A DNA stretch of 64,000 nt from Candidatus Epulonipiscium sp. (GCA_012518255.1 JAAYSX010000080.1:11932-75931); one strand, 5' to 3'. Positions 20,513 through 31,104 are shown, counted from the first letter of the stretch. The notes: generated from the sequence alone by a model not told the origin. Numbers and translations are program-made.

Positions 20513-21085
20513 TCACCTTCTTGTTTTTGAATTATATTTATTCATTGCTACTTCTATATCTTCTTCTATAATTAGATTAACAGCATCCACAATATCTTCC
20601 ATTGTTTTATCTATTATTTCCATTTCTACTTTGCTAAATCTGCTTAATACATAATCCGCCAAATTCCAGCTTTCAGGTTTTTCCCCTATCCCTACTTTTA
20701 TTCTTTGGAATTCATTGGTGCCCAAATGCTGTATAATACTCTTTATTCCGTTATGCCCTCCAGCTCCACCTTTTTCTCTTATCCTTATTGATCCAGGTGG
20801 CAGGCTTACATCATCATATATTATTAGTATATCTTTTGGTGAAATTTTATACCACTTTGCAAGCATTTCTATAGATTCACCGCTTAGATTCATATAAGTT
20901 TGTGGTTTGGCTAGGACAATTTTCTTGCCTGCTAATCTGCCCTCACCCAAAAAAGCCTTAAATCTATTTCTATTTGGATTAATATTATAGTCATCTGCTA
21001 GGGCGTCTATAGCTTGAAATCCTATATTATGTCTTGTTCCCTTATAATCTGCGCCTGGATTACCAAGCCCTATGATTAATTTCAT
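20513..21085 (-). CDS. pth: Peptidyl-tRNA hydrolase
   Basis: MKLIIGLGNPG...YKGTRHNIGF motif. Start probably the fourth codon of the tracked ORF. Confidence 0.93.
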   Translation of the reverse strand: MKLIIGLGNPGADYKGTRHNIGFQAIDALADDYNINPNRNRFKAFLGEGRLAGKKIVLAKPQTYMNLSGESIEMLAKWYKISPKDILIIYDDVSLPPGSIRIREKGGAGGHNGIKSIIQHLGTNEFQRIKVGIGEKPESWNLADYVLSRFSKVEMEIIDKTMEDIVDAVNLIIEEDIEVAMNKYNSKTRR

Positions 21086-21155
21086 TTTTAACACTCCTTA
21101 ATATATTTAAAATAAGAAAAATGCCCCAGCAGTAATTACTAGGGCATTTTTAGTA

Positions 21156-22109
21156 TTAGCTAAATAACTTAGACACCGATAGGTCCTCGTGTATTCTCCT
21201 AATTGCATCTGCAAAAATAGGTGCAACTTTAATAAGTTCAATTTTATCAATTTGTTTTTCTTCTGGCACTTGAATAGTATCTAGTATGAATAGCTTTTCA
21301 ATTGCAGATTCTTCAATTCTTTCTATTGCTGGTCCTGATAATACTCCATGTGTACAACATGCATAAACTCCTGCTGCCCCTCTTTCTTTAAGTGAGTCAG
21401 CTGCATTACAGATAGTACCTGCAGTATCTATCATATCATCAATTAAAATTGCATGTTTACCTTCAACATCTCCAATGATATTCATGACCTCTGAAACATT
21501 AGGCTTTGGCCTTCTCTTATCTATAATTGCAAGTGGTATACCCAATTTAGATCCAAAGGCTCTTGCCCTTACAACACTTCCTAAATCTGGTGAAACGGCT
21601 ACTGCATTTTCTAAGTATGGGAAATTCCCCAAGTAGTGCTTTGTAAGTAATGGCATTCCTACTAAATTATCTACAGGTATATCAAAGAAACCTTGAATCT
21701 GGGAGCAGTGTAAGTCCATTGTTAAAACCCTATCTGCACCAGCCTTTTCAATAAGATCTGCTACTAACTTTGCGCTAATAGGATCCCTTGCCCTAGTCTT
21801 CCTATCCTGCCTTGCATACCCATAGTAAGGAATAACTGCTGTTACCCTTCCTGCTGATGCCCTTTTCATAGCATCAATCATAATGAGCATTTCCATTAAA
21901 TGTTCGTTAGCTGGCGTTGATGTTGGCTGTATAATAAAAACATCAGTACCCCTAACTTTTTCGTCAATTTTTACAGAAACTTCCCCATCACTAAATCTAG
22001 TGACTTCTGACCTTCCAAGTGTAATACCTAGTTGCTTTGCTATTTGCTCTGCAAGTTCTGGATGAGCATTACAGCTAAATACCTTTATATCGGTGTAGAC
22101 TTTAACCAT
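21156..22109 (-). CDS. prs: Ribose-phosphate pyrophosphokinase
   Basis: 317 aa with [11 protein letters not shown] and [17 protein letters not shown]-synthase motifs. Confidence 0.95.
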   Translation of the reverse strand: MVKVYTDIKVFSCNAHPELAEQIAKQLGITLGRSEVTRFSDGEVSVKIDEKVRGTDVFIIQPTSTPANEHLMEMLIMIDAMKRASAGRVTAVIPYYGYARQDRKTRARDPISAKLVADLIEKAGADRVLTMDLHCSQIQGFFDIPVDNLVGMPLLTKHYLGNFPYLENAVAVSPDLGSVVRARAFGSKLGIPLAIIDKRRPKPNVSEVMNIIGDVEGKHAILIDDMIDTAGTICNAADSLKERGAAGVYACCTHGVLSGPAIERIEESAIEKLFILDTIQVPEEKQIDKIELIKVAPIFADAIRRIHEDLSVSKLFS

Positions 22110-22201
22110 TTGGTTAATCCTCCTTAGTGAAATTACAACAATTAAATCCGACAGTATTATATCATATATTTCAAAAAATGTAAGACCAAATTACTACCAA
22201 A

Positions 22202-23377
22202 CTACTTTTGTTTCTTTTTATTTGCCACCCACCCCTCCTTATTTTCTTGTCTTGACCTTGCAATACCTAAGCTTTCTTCCGGAATGTCTTTAGTAATAGT
22301 TGATCCCGCAGCTGTATATGCTCTCTTCCCTATGTTAACTGGTGATACAATCTTTGTATTACAACCTATAAAGGCATGATCTTCTATATTAGAACGGTGC
22401 TTTTCAACACCATCATAATTAACCAGTATACTTCCACAGCCAAAATTAACATCTTCTCCAACATCTGCATCCCCAACATATGTAAGATGAGATACCTTAG
22501 TATTATCACCTATAGTTGAGTTTTTTATCTCAACAAAATCACCTATCCTTACATTCCTACCTATCTCTGACTGGGGCCTTATATAGGCAAATGGGCCTAT
22601 ATAAGCTTCTTCGTGTATAATGCTTTGCCTTATTACACTATTTTCGATGGTTACTCTATTAGCTACTTTAGAGTCTTCTATATTAGAATTATGACCAATG
22701 AAACAATGTTTGCCTATTTTAGTCTTACCCTTTAGAATACAATTAGGTTCTATGGTGCTCCCATATCCTATGCTTACATCTGGTCCAATATATGTATTTG
22801 TAGGATCTTCTAGTATTACACCACTTTCCATATGGCTTTCATTAATTCTTTCCTTGATTATTTGGGTGCATTTAGCTAGTTGCCTCATAGACCCCACCCT
22901 CATAAGCTCTAATTCATTTTCCATAGTTATAGTATCTACAGAATGACCTGCATTAGCTAGGCCCTTTATATTATCCGGCAAAAATAGTTGACCTACTTCA
23001 GCGCCCTTATCTGCCTTTAATAACATAGACTCCAATAGCTTTTTACTAACTATATATATCCCTGGTTCATTGGAAAAATCCGATACAAGAGTAAGATCGT
23101 TTTTACTTTTATAGTGGAAATCCAGGGCCTTTTTAATTGATAGGTCTCTTATTAAGGGCATATCCCCACTTAGTACAAGTACACTCTCACAGCTTCCTAT
23201 AAATTCTAGGATTTCTTTAGCCCCATCTTCTTGTGCTTCAAGGATGTATATGTGACTAATTCCTATATGCCTTACACTGTCTATACAATAGTCTATCAGC
23301 GATTTACCTAGTATCCTATAGTGGTCTCTATTTGCATTAGCTTTGTTTGTGGCAAATATAATTGATTTTATGTCCAT
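22202..23377 (-). CDS. glmU: GlmU-like protein with intact left-handed beta-helix acetyltransferase domain and a shortened, degenerate N-terminal nucleotidyltransferase domain
   Basis: The C-terminal ~210 aa is canonical (GPFAYIRPQSEIG..IGDFVEIKNSTIGDNTKVSHLTYVGDA..NFGCGSILVNYDG). The N-terminus reads IIFATNKANANRD where LAAGxGTRM is expected, and no QLGTGHA motif is seen. It is 391 aa, whereas I recall about 455 for typical GlmU. Sits in prs-glmU-spoVG synteny. Confidence 0.75.
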   Translation of the reverse strand: MDIKSIIFATNKANANRDHYRILGKSLIDYCIDSVRHIGISHIYILEAQEDGAKEILEFIGSCESVLVLSGDMPLIRDLSIKKALDFHYKSKNDLTLVSDFSNEPGIYIVSKKLLESMLLKADKGAEVGQLFLPDNIKGLANAGHSVDTITMENELELMRVGSMRQLAKCTQIIKERINESHMESGVILEDPTNTYIGPDVSIGYGSTIEPNCILKGKTKIGKHCFIGHNSNIEDSKVANRVTIENSVIRQSIIHEEAYIGPFAYIRPQSEIGRNVRIGDFVEIKNSTIGDNTKVSHLTYVGDADVGEDVNFGCGSILVNYDGVEKHRSNIEDHAFIGCNTKIVSPVNIGKRAYTAAGSTITKDIPEESLGIARSRQENKEGWVANKKKQK

Positions 23378-23484
23378 ATAGCAATCTCCTTCAAGTCTTA
23401 ATTATTTTACATATTTATCTTCTCACTTTACCCTTAATTTTTCAAGTCTAAAATACAAATTCATCAAAAGTTTTACTAAAAGGC

Positions 23485-23515
23485 AAAAAGAAGGCACCAT
23501 CTTGATGGCGCCTTC
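23485..23515 (-). terminator. Rho-independent terminator after spoVG
   Basis: Stem gaaggcaccat / atggcgccttc (1 mismatch), followed by a T-run on the minus strand. Confidence 0.7.
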
Positions 23516-23518
23516 CTT

Positions 23519-23839
23519 TTATTCTGCAATTTCCTCTTCTTCTTGTGAAACTGCTATTTCATCTTCTAATGCATTTTCTTCTGCAATAAGAATCATCTCA
23601 TATTTTTCTAAAACTGCTTTTTGTATCCTATCTCTTGTGATTGAATTAATCGGATGGGCTATATCTCTAAATTCTCCATCCAAAGTCTTACGACTGGGCA
23701 TTGCTATAAATCTACCTTTGTCACCCTCAATAATCTTTACATCATGCACCACAAACTCATTATCAAAAGTTACTGATACAACTGCTTTCATTTTCCCCTC
23801 TTTGTTGATCTTTCTAACCCTTATATCTGTGATATCCAT
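23519..23839 (-). CDS. spoVG: Septation/sporulation regulator SpoVG
   Basis: [61 protein letters not shown]. Confidence 0.95.
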   Translation of the reverse strand: MDITDIRVRKINKEGKMKAVVSVTFDNEFVVHDVKIIEGDKGRFIAMPSRKTLDGEFRDIAHPINSITRDRIQKAVLEKYEMILIAEENALEDEIAVSQEEEEIAE

Positions 23840-23917
23840 GTATACCCTCCTGTTAGCATGTTGTGGACTTGTAATATTCTAAGCCCTTCTTATTTTAGAA
23901 TTATCTATTTAGTCAAT

Positions 23918-23946
23918 ATTATATAACATTGTCTTAATTTTATCAA
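23918..23946 (-). promoter_or_regulatory. Sigma-A promoter of spoVG
   Basis: On the minus strand: TTGATA (23946-23941), 17 nt, TATAAT (23923-23918). Confidence 0.55.
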
Positions 23947-24009
23947 CATTTTCACTGTCTTTTTCTTAAATATATGTTAATTCTTTTTTTATACTGCTTT
24001 TTTCTCTAA

Positions 24010-25119
24010 TCACTGAATAGTATCTTTAGATACTATAGCCAACTTATCCTTAGTACCTACTATTATTTGATTATCTGAAACTACAACATTTCTATCAATA
24101 ACAGCGTATTCTATTATACAGTTTCTTCCGATTGTAGTATTCTCCATAACAATAGAATTCCTAATTATGGCCTGATCTCCAACATACACTTTTCTAAATA
24201 AAACAGAATTATCTATGGTTCCATTATTAATTACTCCACCACCCAAAAGACTCTTGGTTACTTTGGAGCCAAGATTAAGTTTGGCTGGTGCCTCATCCTT
24301 AACCTTAGTAAATATATATGGTTCTGTTTTGAAAAATAATTGCCTTACGTCTTCTTCCAAGAATTCCATGCTCATTTCATAGTATTCTTCTATTGAACGG
24401 GCATTTCTCCAGTAACCATCAAACATATAAGCATATATTCTTAATTTTCTCCTATGGCGGATTAAAATATCTGTAACAAAGTTATATCTTCCTTCTTTAT
24501 GGGTTTCTTCTAATAGGCTTATAAGTAGCTCCCTTGATACTATATAGGTACCTAAGGATACTACATCTTGCTGAGGTTCAAATGGTTTTTCTTCAAAGTT
24601 AATCATCCTATTATTCTCATCAATTTCTAAGACCCCATATTTAGAAACATCTTGCCCTGCCATCTTTTTGGATACTATAGTAATATCTGCATTTTTATCC
24701 TTGTGGTACTTTATAAGTTCCCTATAATCCATACGGTTAACCTGCTCTCCACCAGTTATAATAACGTATGGTTCATTACTTCTTTTTAGAAAGGAAATAT
24801 TTTGGTACATTGCATCTACTGTACCCCTAAAGCCAAAGGATACACTACTACTCATATCTGGTGTAAATAGAAAAAGTCCGCCTTTCTTACGTCCTAAGTC
24901 CCACCATTTAGATGATGATAAGTGATCTGCAAGGGATCTTGTATTATGCTGCGCCATAACTGCAACTTTTCTTATCCCTGAATTGCTCATATTACTTAGG
25001 GAAAAGTCAACTGCCCTGTAACAGCTACCAATAGGAATGGCTGCTGTATTTCGCTTCTTAACTAATGTACCTAGGCCATGGTATGTCCCGCCTGCCAAAA
25101 TTATTCCTATTGCTTTCAT
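24010..25119 (-). CDS. glgD: Glucose-1-phosphate adenylyltransferase, GlgD subunit
   Basis: 369 aa, paralogous to glgC but with a degenerate N-terminal loop ([13 protein letters not shown]). ATGA overlap with glgC. Confidence 0.85.
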   Translation of the reverse strand: MKAIGIILAGGTYHGLGTLVKKRNTAAIPIGSCYRAVDFSLSNMSNSGIRKVAVMAQHNTRSLADHLSSSKWWDLGRKKGGLFLFTPDMSSSVSFGFRGTVDAMYQNISFLKRSNEPYVIITGGEQVNRMDYRELIKYHKDKNADITIVSKKMAGQDVSKYGVLEIDENNRMINFEEKPFEPQQDVVSLGTYIVSRELLISLLEETHKEGRYNFVTDILIRHRRKLRIYAYMFDGYWRNARSIEEYYEMSMEFLEEDVRQLFFKTEPYIFTKVKDEAPAKLNLGSKVTKSLLGGGVINNGTIDNSVLFRKVYVGDQAIIRNSIVMENTTIGRNCIIEYAVIDRNVVVSDNQIIVGTKDKLAIVSKDTIQ

Positions 25120-26393
25120 ACTATCCCCTCCTCTATTATTAAGGATTGGCCACTTTCTAACTTGCCATCTTGATATGATGAGTGCTCTGTATTACCACTT
25201 ACTTCACAATTCTTACCAATGGTTATTCCATCTGGTATTATTGTTTCATCACCTATAACACTTATTCCTGTTGAATATATATGGGGCTTTGTTTTATGGG
25301 GTATATTTTCCCCAAATCCTATCTCGCAATTAGCACCTACAATTGATTTTTCCGCTACAATGCTATGGTCAATCTTTGTGTTTTCTTTAACAATCGTATT
25401 GGCCATAATAATAGAGTCCCTAACAACAGATCCCTTTCCAATTATAGCGTTTGGTCCTATAACTGAATTGTATATCTCTCCGTAAATTTCGCTGCCTTCT
25501 GATATTAAAGAGTGTTCCAGCCTTGCATTCTCACCTATATATTGTGGTGGTTGATGATCTAGGTTAGTATATATCTTCCAGAACTCGTCATATAAGTTAA
25601 ATTCTGGAACTGTATTGGTAAGCTCCATATTAGCCTGCCAATATGCATCTACAGTACCTACATCCTTCCAGTAGTCATTAAAGACATAAGAATATACCTT
25701 CATCTTCTTATCTATCATTTCTGGAATAATATGTTTTCCAAAGTCACTATTTTCATGTAATTCATTACTTTGAATTAAAGCTTCTCTTAGTGTCTCCCAG
25801 TTGAATATGTAAATCCCCATGGAAGCAAGATTACTCTTTGGATTTTCTGGTTTTTCTTCGAATTCTACTATGCGATTATTGCTATCTGTATTCATAATAC
25901 CGAATTGGTGTGCATCCTCCATCGGAACCTCTAAAACTGCTATTGTGGCATCTGAGTCCTTTTCCTTATGATATGATAGCATTTGGCTATAATCCATTTT
26001 ATAAATATGATCTCCCGATAGAATCAGAACATACTTAGGGTTCTGACTTTCTATATAACGGATATTTTGAAAAATCGCATTGGCAGTTCCTGAATACCAT
26101 GTTCCTTCCTTTTCGCCTTGATAGGGTGAAAGTACTGTTACACCTCCACTTTTGCGGTCTAAGTCCCAAGGAATCCCTATCCCAATATGCTTAGTTAATA
26201 GTAAATGCTCGTACTGAGTAAGTACACCAACTGTATCTATTCCTGAATTGATACAGTTACTTAATGTAAAGTCAATTATACGGTACTTACCTCCGTACAT
26301 GACAGCTGGCTTAGCCACCTTTTTAGTTAATATTCCCAGTCTACTACCTTGCCCTCCTGCTAGTAACATTGCAATAACTTCTTTCTGAGCCAT
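25116..26393 (-). CDS. glgC: Glucose-1-phosphate adenylyltransferase
   Basis: 425 aa with [22 protein letters not shown] and a C-terminal LbH domain. Confidence 0.92.
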   Translation of the reverse strand: MAQKEVIAMLLAGGQGSRLGILTKKVAKPAVMYGGKYRIIDFTLSNCINSGIDTVGVLTQYEHLLLTKHIGIGIPWDLDRKSGGVTVLSPYQGEKEGTWYSGTANAIFQNIRYIESQNPKYVLILSGDHIYKMDYSQMLSYHKEKDSDATIAVLEVPMEDAHQFGIMNTDSNNRIVEFEEKPENPKSNLASMGIYIFNWETLREALIQSNELHENSDFGKHIIPEMIDKKMKVYSYVFNDYWKDVGTVDAYWQANMELTNTVPEFNLYDEFWKIYTNLDHQPPQYIGENARLEHSLISEGSEIYGEIYNSVIGPNAIIGKGSVVRDSIIMANTIVKENTKIDHSIVAEKSIVGANCEIGFGENIPHKTKPHIYSTGISVIGDETIIPDGITIGKNCEVSGNTEHSSYQDGKLESGQSLIIEEGIV

Positions 26394-26556
26394 ACGCCTC
26401 CCCCTTCTGCATATTTCCTCTTTGTTAATATTGCGTGAATATTAATTCAATATCAAGCCTAGTTTTATATTACCATATATTTACTATAATTACCATTGAA
26501 TTTTTGAAATTGTGGTAACAATCTATAAATAACTTTAATTTCTTTATGAATTGTGA

Positions 26557-27366
26557 CTATAGTGCAGTTTTAATATAGACGTTTTTATTTTTTTCGTCTA
26601 TTTCACTTAATAGCAATAATGATTTATGGCTATGATATAGTTTTTGTATAGGTTGCTTTGTAGCCATAAGCACTCCTACTCCCACAACTTCGCACTCAAA
26701 TTCTTGCATTAATTCTATGATACCCTTAGCTGTCCCCCCTGCTTTCATAAAATCATCTATAAATAGAACCTTAGAACCTTTCTTAACAGCCTTTGTTGAA
26801 AGACACATAGTTTTTATCATATGCCCACTACTTGACATATAGTTCATGTAGATAACTGTACCATCAGTTAGCTTACTTTTATTGCGTACTACCACCATAG
26901 GTTTATTAAGAACCCGCGCAGTCATCATTGCTATGGGGATTCCCTTAGTCTCTACCGTAATAACATAATCAATATCCACATCTTTAAAAAGGCTTGCAAG
27001 TGCATTGCCTATTTTAGAGCATGTCTTAGGACAGTACAATAAGTCATTAGTGTATAGGTAGCCCCCCGGAATTATCCGGCTAGGATCACTAAGCTGCTCT
27101 GATAACTGGCCTGTAAATTCTAGCATTTGATCCCTTGACATAAGGGGATTATAATATACACCTCCAGCAGCACCAGAAATAGTTTCTATAGTTCCTAGTT
27201 CATATGACTTAAAAACTTCTTTAACCCCATCTATATCATCACTAATTGTTGATTTAACGCAATTAAACATCTGGCAAAAATATGTTAATGTAAAAACCTG
27301 ATTAGGATTTTCAGTAAGTATATTTACAATAGCAGCAATACGCTCTGCTTTTCTAACTTTCTTCAT
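26557..27366 (-). CDS. purR: Purine operon repressor
   Basis: 269 aa with a PurR N-terminal wHTH and a PRT-type domain (VLFIDDFMKAGGTAKG). Confidence 0.88.
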   Translation of the reverse strand: MKKVRKAERIAAIVNILTENPNQVFTLTYFCQMFNCVKSTISDDIDGVKEVFKSYELGTIETISGAAGGVYYNPLMSRDQMLEFTGQLSEQLSDPSRIIPGGYLYTNDLLYCPKTCSKIGNALASLFKDVDIDYVITVETKGIPIAMMTARVLNKPMVVVRNKSKLTDGTVIYMNYMSSSGHMIKTMCLSTKAVKKGSKVLFIDDFMKAGGTAKGIIELMQEFECEVVGVGVLMATKQPIQKLYHSHKSLLLLSEIDEKNKNVYIKTAL

Positions 27367-27532
27367 TATTTGGCTCCTCTCAAATACTATTCTTATATTA
27401 GTAGATAATTAGTATATTCTAAATTAATTTTACCACACATATGTAAGTACTACTACTTTACATACACATATATATCGTATAATATAAAATAAAGCTAATT
27501 ATATTATAAATCTAACTGGAAGGACGATACTT

Positions 27533-28915
27533 ATGTTTCATATAGATTTCAAAAATTCAAATCAAAAAATCCATTTTATTGGCATTGGTGGTATTAGTAT
27601 GAGTGGACTTGCACAAATTATGATAGCTAATAATTTTTCTGTCAGCGGATCTGATATGGCAAGCTCAAAGTCAACTAAACATTTGCAAGACCTGGGAGTT
27701 ACTGTTTTTTGTGGCCATAGTGCGGCAAATATAAGCAAAGACATTGACCTTGTAGTCTACACAGCTGCTATTAGTCAGGATAATCCCGAGCTTATGGCTG
27801 TATATGACAATAAAATCCCCTGCCTATCTAGGGCTGAGTTCCTTGGGCAGCTTATGAAAAACTATAACTACCCTGTATGTATATCCGGAACCCATGGTAA
27901 AACAACAACAACATCCATGTTATCTAATGTATTATTATCTGCCCAGGTTGACCCAACAATTACAGTTGGCGGAATACTAGATTCCATTCAAGGAAATATC
28001 CGCATCGGTCATAGTGAATACTTTGTAACTGAGGCCTGCGAATACTGTGATAGCTTCCTTAATTTTAACCCTAAAATTGGTGTTATACTTAATATGGAAG
28101 AAGACCATATGGATTACTTTAAGGATATTAATCACATAAGGCAATCATTCTACAAGTTTGCACAGAAGATTCCAAGTGATGGTATCTTAATTATTAATAG
28201 CGCTATTGATAATGTAGATTCTTTTATTCAAGGACTTGACTGTAAGATTGAAAGCTTTGGGCTAGATCAAGATGATACTTGGCATGCAAGTAATATTACC
28301 TATGATGAAAATGCCTTTCCATCATTCGATGTAAATTACAAGGGTAAATTTTTAGGCAGGGTAAGTTTAAGCGTACCTGGTGAACATAATATTTATAATG
28401 CTCTTTCAGTATGTGCATCTGCCAATTATATGGATATACCTTTTAATAGCTGGGAAAGTGGCTTTAAATCCTATGCTGGTACCAATCAACGTTTCGAGAT
28501 TAAAGGCGATCTTAAAGGTATAACAATTATAGATGACTATGCCCACCACCCAACTGAGGTTGAAGTAACACTTGAAGTAGCTAAGAAACGTAAACATAAT
28601 AAAATTTGGTGCGTTTTTCAGCCCCACACTTACACACGTATGAAAATTTTCCTAAATGATTTTGCAAATGCACTTTCTCTAGCTGATGAAGTTATTGTTT
28701 CCAATATTTATGCTGCCCGTGAAAAAGACCCTGGGGATATTCATTCACAAGACCTTGTAGAATCAATCCACAATTTGGGGAATAATGCTATTTATATTGA
28801 TAACTTCGAGGATATTACAAAACACCTACTAGAACACTGTGTTCCCGGTGATATAATTATAACTATGGGCGCTGGAAATATTAATATTGTAGCTGATGAG
28901 TTGCTTGGAAATTAG
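27533..28915 (+). CDS. murC: UDP-N-acetylmuramate--L-alanine ligase
   Basis: 460 aa with IHFIGIGGISMSGLA and ISGTHGKTTTTSM Mur-ligase motifs. Confidence 0.95.
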   Translation: MFHIDFKNSNQKIHFIGIGGISMSGLAQIMIANNFSVSGSDMASSKSTKHLQDLGVTVFCGHSAANISKDIDLVVYTAAISQDNPELMAVYDNKIPCLSRAEFLGQLMKNYNYPVCISGTHGKTTTTSMLSNVLLSAQVDPTITVGGILDSIQGNIRIGHSEYFVTEACEYCDSFLNFNPKIGVILNMEEDHMDYFKDINHIRQSFYKFAQKIPSDGILIINSAIDNVDSFIQGLDCKIESFGLDQDDTWHASNITYDENAFPSFDVNYKGKFLGRVSLSVPGEHNIYNALSVCASANYMDIPFNSWESGFKSYAGTNQRFEIKGDLKGITIIDDYAHHPTEVEVTLEVAKKRKHNKIWCVFQPHTYTRMKIFLNDFANALSLADEVIVSNIYAAREKDPGDIHSQDLVESIHNLGNNAIYIDNFEDITKHLLEHCVPGDIIITMGAGNINIVADELLGN

Positions 28916-28945
28916 TTATCCACATTATCCACAATATTATCCACA
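28916..28945 (+). promoter_or_regulatory. Cluster of three perfect DnaA boxes (TTATCCACA) in direct orientation
   Basis: Boxes at 28916-28924, 28925-28933 and 28937-28945, each 9/9 to the consensus. The cluster starts 1 nt after the murC stop and lies about 75 nt before the DnaD-domain gene. Confidence 0.8.
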
Positions 28946-28948
28946 GTC

Positions 28949-28980
28949 ATTTGTTAACTATTTGTTAACTAGTTTTAACT
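28949..28980 (+). repeat. Tandem 11-bp direct repeats ATTTGTTAACT x2 plus degenerate third copy AGTTTTAACT
   Basis: Repeats at 28949-28959, 28960-28970 and 28971-28980. Each of the first two contains the GTTAAC palindrome. They overlap a weak candidate promoter: TTGTTA 28962-28967, 17 nt, TAGATT 28985-28990. Confidence 0.7.
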
Positions 28981-29019
28981 TTTATAGATTAAATACAAGA
29001 ACACAAAGGAGATGTAATT

Positions 29020-30090
29020 ATGCCAAAATTAAAATTCAATACTAACAATCATTCATCTTCTATATCTATTCCGTCTTGGTTTATTCATGATTATATGCCC
29101 CAGGCTATGGGAGGATATGTTAAGGTATACCTATATTTATTGACTTCCTATTATGAAGGTAAGGATCTTCTTACTATAGAAGATATAGCTAAGGTGCTTT
29201 CAATGCTATCTTCAGATGTTATATCTGCACTTGAATATTGGGATTCTAAGGAGGTACTTTCCTTTAAACCCTTCACCAATGATGATTTTGAGATATCCTT
29301 TAATTTTAATAGGCCAAAAACTGCTAAGTCTAATGAGGATACTCAATCTACTAAGACTAAAGAAGCAAAAACCAACACCTACATTCAGCCCACTAGGCCA
29401 AACTATAGCCCTTCAGAGCTTTCGATTTACTTACAAAACTCCGAAGTTCAGCAATTATTTAAGATGGCCGAACAATCTACGGGGAGGTTACTGTCATCAT
29501 CAGACCAGCAAATATTATTTGGACTTTATGACTGGTTACATATGCCCCTTGACCTTATTGAATATTTGCTTAATTATTGTGCAACTAAGGGCCACACCAG
29601 TATGCGTTATATTGAAACTACTGCCATTGCCTGGTTGGATGAGGGAGTAACCACACTGGAGCAGGCCAAGCTAAAATCTAAATCAGACAAGCTTTATTTT
29701 AGGATTCTATCAGAAGTGGGACTAGGGGGCCAGAATATAACCCAGGTACAAAAAGAATTTATCGATAAGTGGCTAAACACCTATAATCTTAGCCTCGAAA
29801 TAGTACTTGAAGGGTGCAGGAGAGCATCAGCTCAAACTAAAAACCCATCCCTAAACTACCTAGATAAAATTTTTACATCTTGGCATGAAAATAAAGTAAC
29901 ATCCCTAGAAGATATAACAAAATTGGATGAGGCCTATGTTAAGAGCCAAAAGGACAAAACCTTCAAGCAAAGACCTAAAGCCCCCATCAAGAAAACATCT
30001 TTTAATAGTATGCAAGGTAGGGAATGGGATTTTGGACAACTAGAAGAGCTTGAAAAGGACAGAATGAAACGCTTATTTAATGAAGGGTGA
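29020..30090 (+). CDS. Replication initiation protein with DnaD-type domains (B. subtilis DnaB-like architecture)
   Basis: 356 aa with an N-terminal wHTH-like region. Two DnaD-like C-terminal repeats are present (LFGLYDWLHMPLDLIEYLLNYCA...IAWLDEGV and FIDKWLNTYNLSLEIVLEGCRRA...IFTSWHENKV). GGAG RBS present. Confidence 0.75.
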   Translation: MPKLKFNTNNHSSSISIPSWFIHDYMPQAMGGYVKVYLYLLTSYYEGKDLLTIEDIAKVLSMLSSDVISALEYWDSKEVLSFKPFTNDDFEISFNFNRPKTAKSNEDTQSTKTKEAKTNTYIQPTRPNYSPSELSIYLQNSEVQQLFKMAEQSTGRLLSSSDQQILFGLYDWLHMPLDLIEYLLNYCATKGHTSMRYIETTAIAWLDEGVTTLEQAKLKSKSDKLYFRILSEVGLGGQNITQVQKEFIDKWLNTYNLSLEIVLEGCRRASAQTKNPSLNYLDKIFTSWHENKVTSLEDITKLDEAYVKSQKDKTFKQRPKAPIKKTSFNSMQGREWDFGQLEELEKDRMKRLFNEG

Positions 30091-30097
30091 ATAATAT

Positions 30098-31096
30098 ATG
30101 ATATCAAGAAAACAACAATATAAGGAAATTATTAAATTGTATGATAAGAAACGTTTAGAATCTACCAAAGAGCAAGCTAAACGCCAGGACCATATATATG
30201 AATCCATACCAGCTATAGAAGATATAGACCAGCGAATATCTTCTATTGGTATTAGGTTAGCTAAGGCAGCATTCAATTCGGAATCAGATACTAACGACTT
30301 AATATCTAACTTTAAGGCTGAAAGCCAAAAGCTCAAAAAAGAAAAAGAAGATCTTTTGTTAGCTAATGGCTACCCTAAAGATTATCTAGAACTTCATTAC
30401 GATTGCATACAGTGCAAGGATACTGGATATATCGAAACTGAACAATGTAGCTGTCTTAATCAAACCCTTATTAGTCTAGCTTATGAACAATCCAATCTAA
30501 GTCATATCTTAGAATATGAAAACTTTGATACCTTTGATTTTGCTTATTACTCTAAGGAAGTAGATAAACACCATGGTAGGTCACCCCATGAAAACATGCA
30601 GAATATATACAGGTTTTGTGTACACTTTGTCCATAAATTCTCTAGTTCTTTTCAAAATATTTTATTTTATGGTAATACAGGGCTTGGTAAAAGCTTCTTA
30701 TGCAATTGTATTGCTAAAGACCTGCTAGATCAGGGCAAAACAGTACTATACTTACCATCTGTTCAGCTTTTTCAATTATTTGAGACAGCCCGATTTCATA
30801 GGGAGGATATGGAAGACTTCTCTAAGGAAATGTTAGATACCCTTCTAACTGTAGAACTTTTAATAATAGATGACCTTGGTACTGAATTCATAACATCATT
30901 TACAGGGCCTGAATTATTTAATACCCTAAATACTAGGATGCTCAATCAAAAATCCACTATTGTTTCAACTAACTTATCCCTTAAGGAGTTAAAGGACCAA
31001 TACTCAGAAAGAATTGTATCTAGGATATTTGGTAATTATGAAGTCTTTCCCTTCTTCGGGGAAGATATAAGAATACAGAAAAGATATAGTAAATAA
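30098..31096 (+). CDS. dnaI: Helicase loader ATPase (DnaI/DnaC family)
   Basis: 332 aa with Cys cluster CIQCKDTGY..CSC, Walker A GNTGLGKSF and Walker B LLIIDDLGTE. Confidence 0.8.
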   Translation: MISRKQQYKEIIKLYDKKRLESTKEQAKRQDHIYESIPAIEDIDQRISSIGIRLAKAAFNSESDTNDLISNFKAESQKLKKEKEDLLLANGYPKDYLELHYDCIQCKDTGYIETEQCSCLNQTLISLAYEQSNLSHILEYENFDTFDFAYYSKEVDKHHGRSPHENMQNIYRFCVHFVHKFSSSFQNILFYGNTGLGKSFLCNCIAKDLLDQGKTVLYLPSVQLFQLFETARFHREDMEDFSKEMLDTLLTVELLIIDDLGTEFITSFTGPELFNTLNTRMLNQKSTIVSTNLSLKELKDQYSERIVSRIFGNYEVFPFFGEDIRIQKRYSK

Positions 31097-31104
31097 ATAT
31101 AAAG

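Noticed and set aside
28916-28980. Possibility that the DnaA-box cluster marks oriC
   Set aside because: There is no dnaA or dnaN nearby, only three boxes, and no obvious DNA-unwinding element with 13-mer-type repeats. The site sits between murC and the loader genes within one co-directional stretch. A regulatory or titration cluster is more plausible.
29020-31096. DnaD-domain plus DnaC/DnaI-like pair as a prophage or plasmid replication module
   Set aside because: The pair is flanked by core genes (murC, cwlD). No integrase, repressor, structural or att-like sequences are nearby. The double DnaD-type C-terminal repeat matches the chromosomal DnaB-like co-loader architecture.
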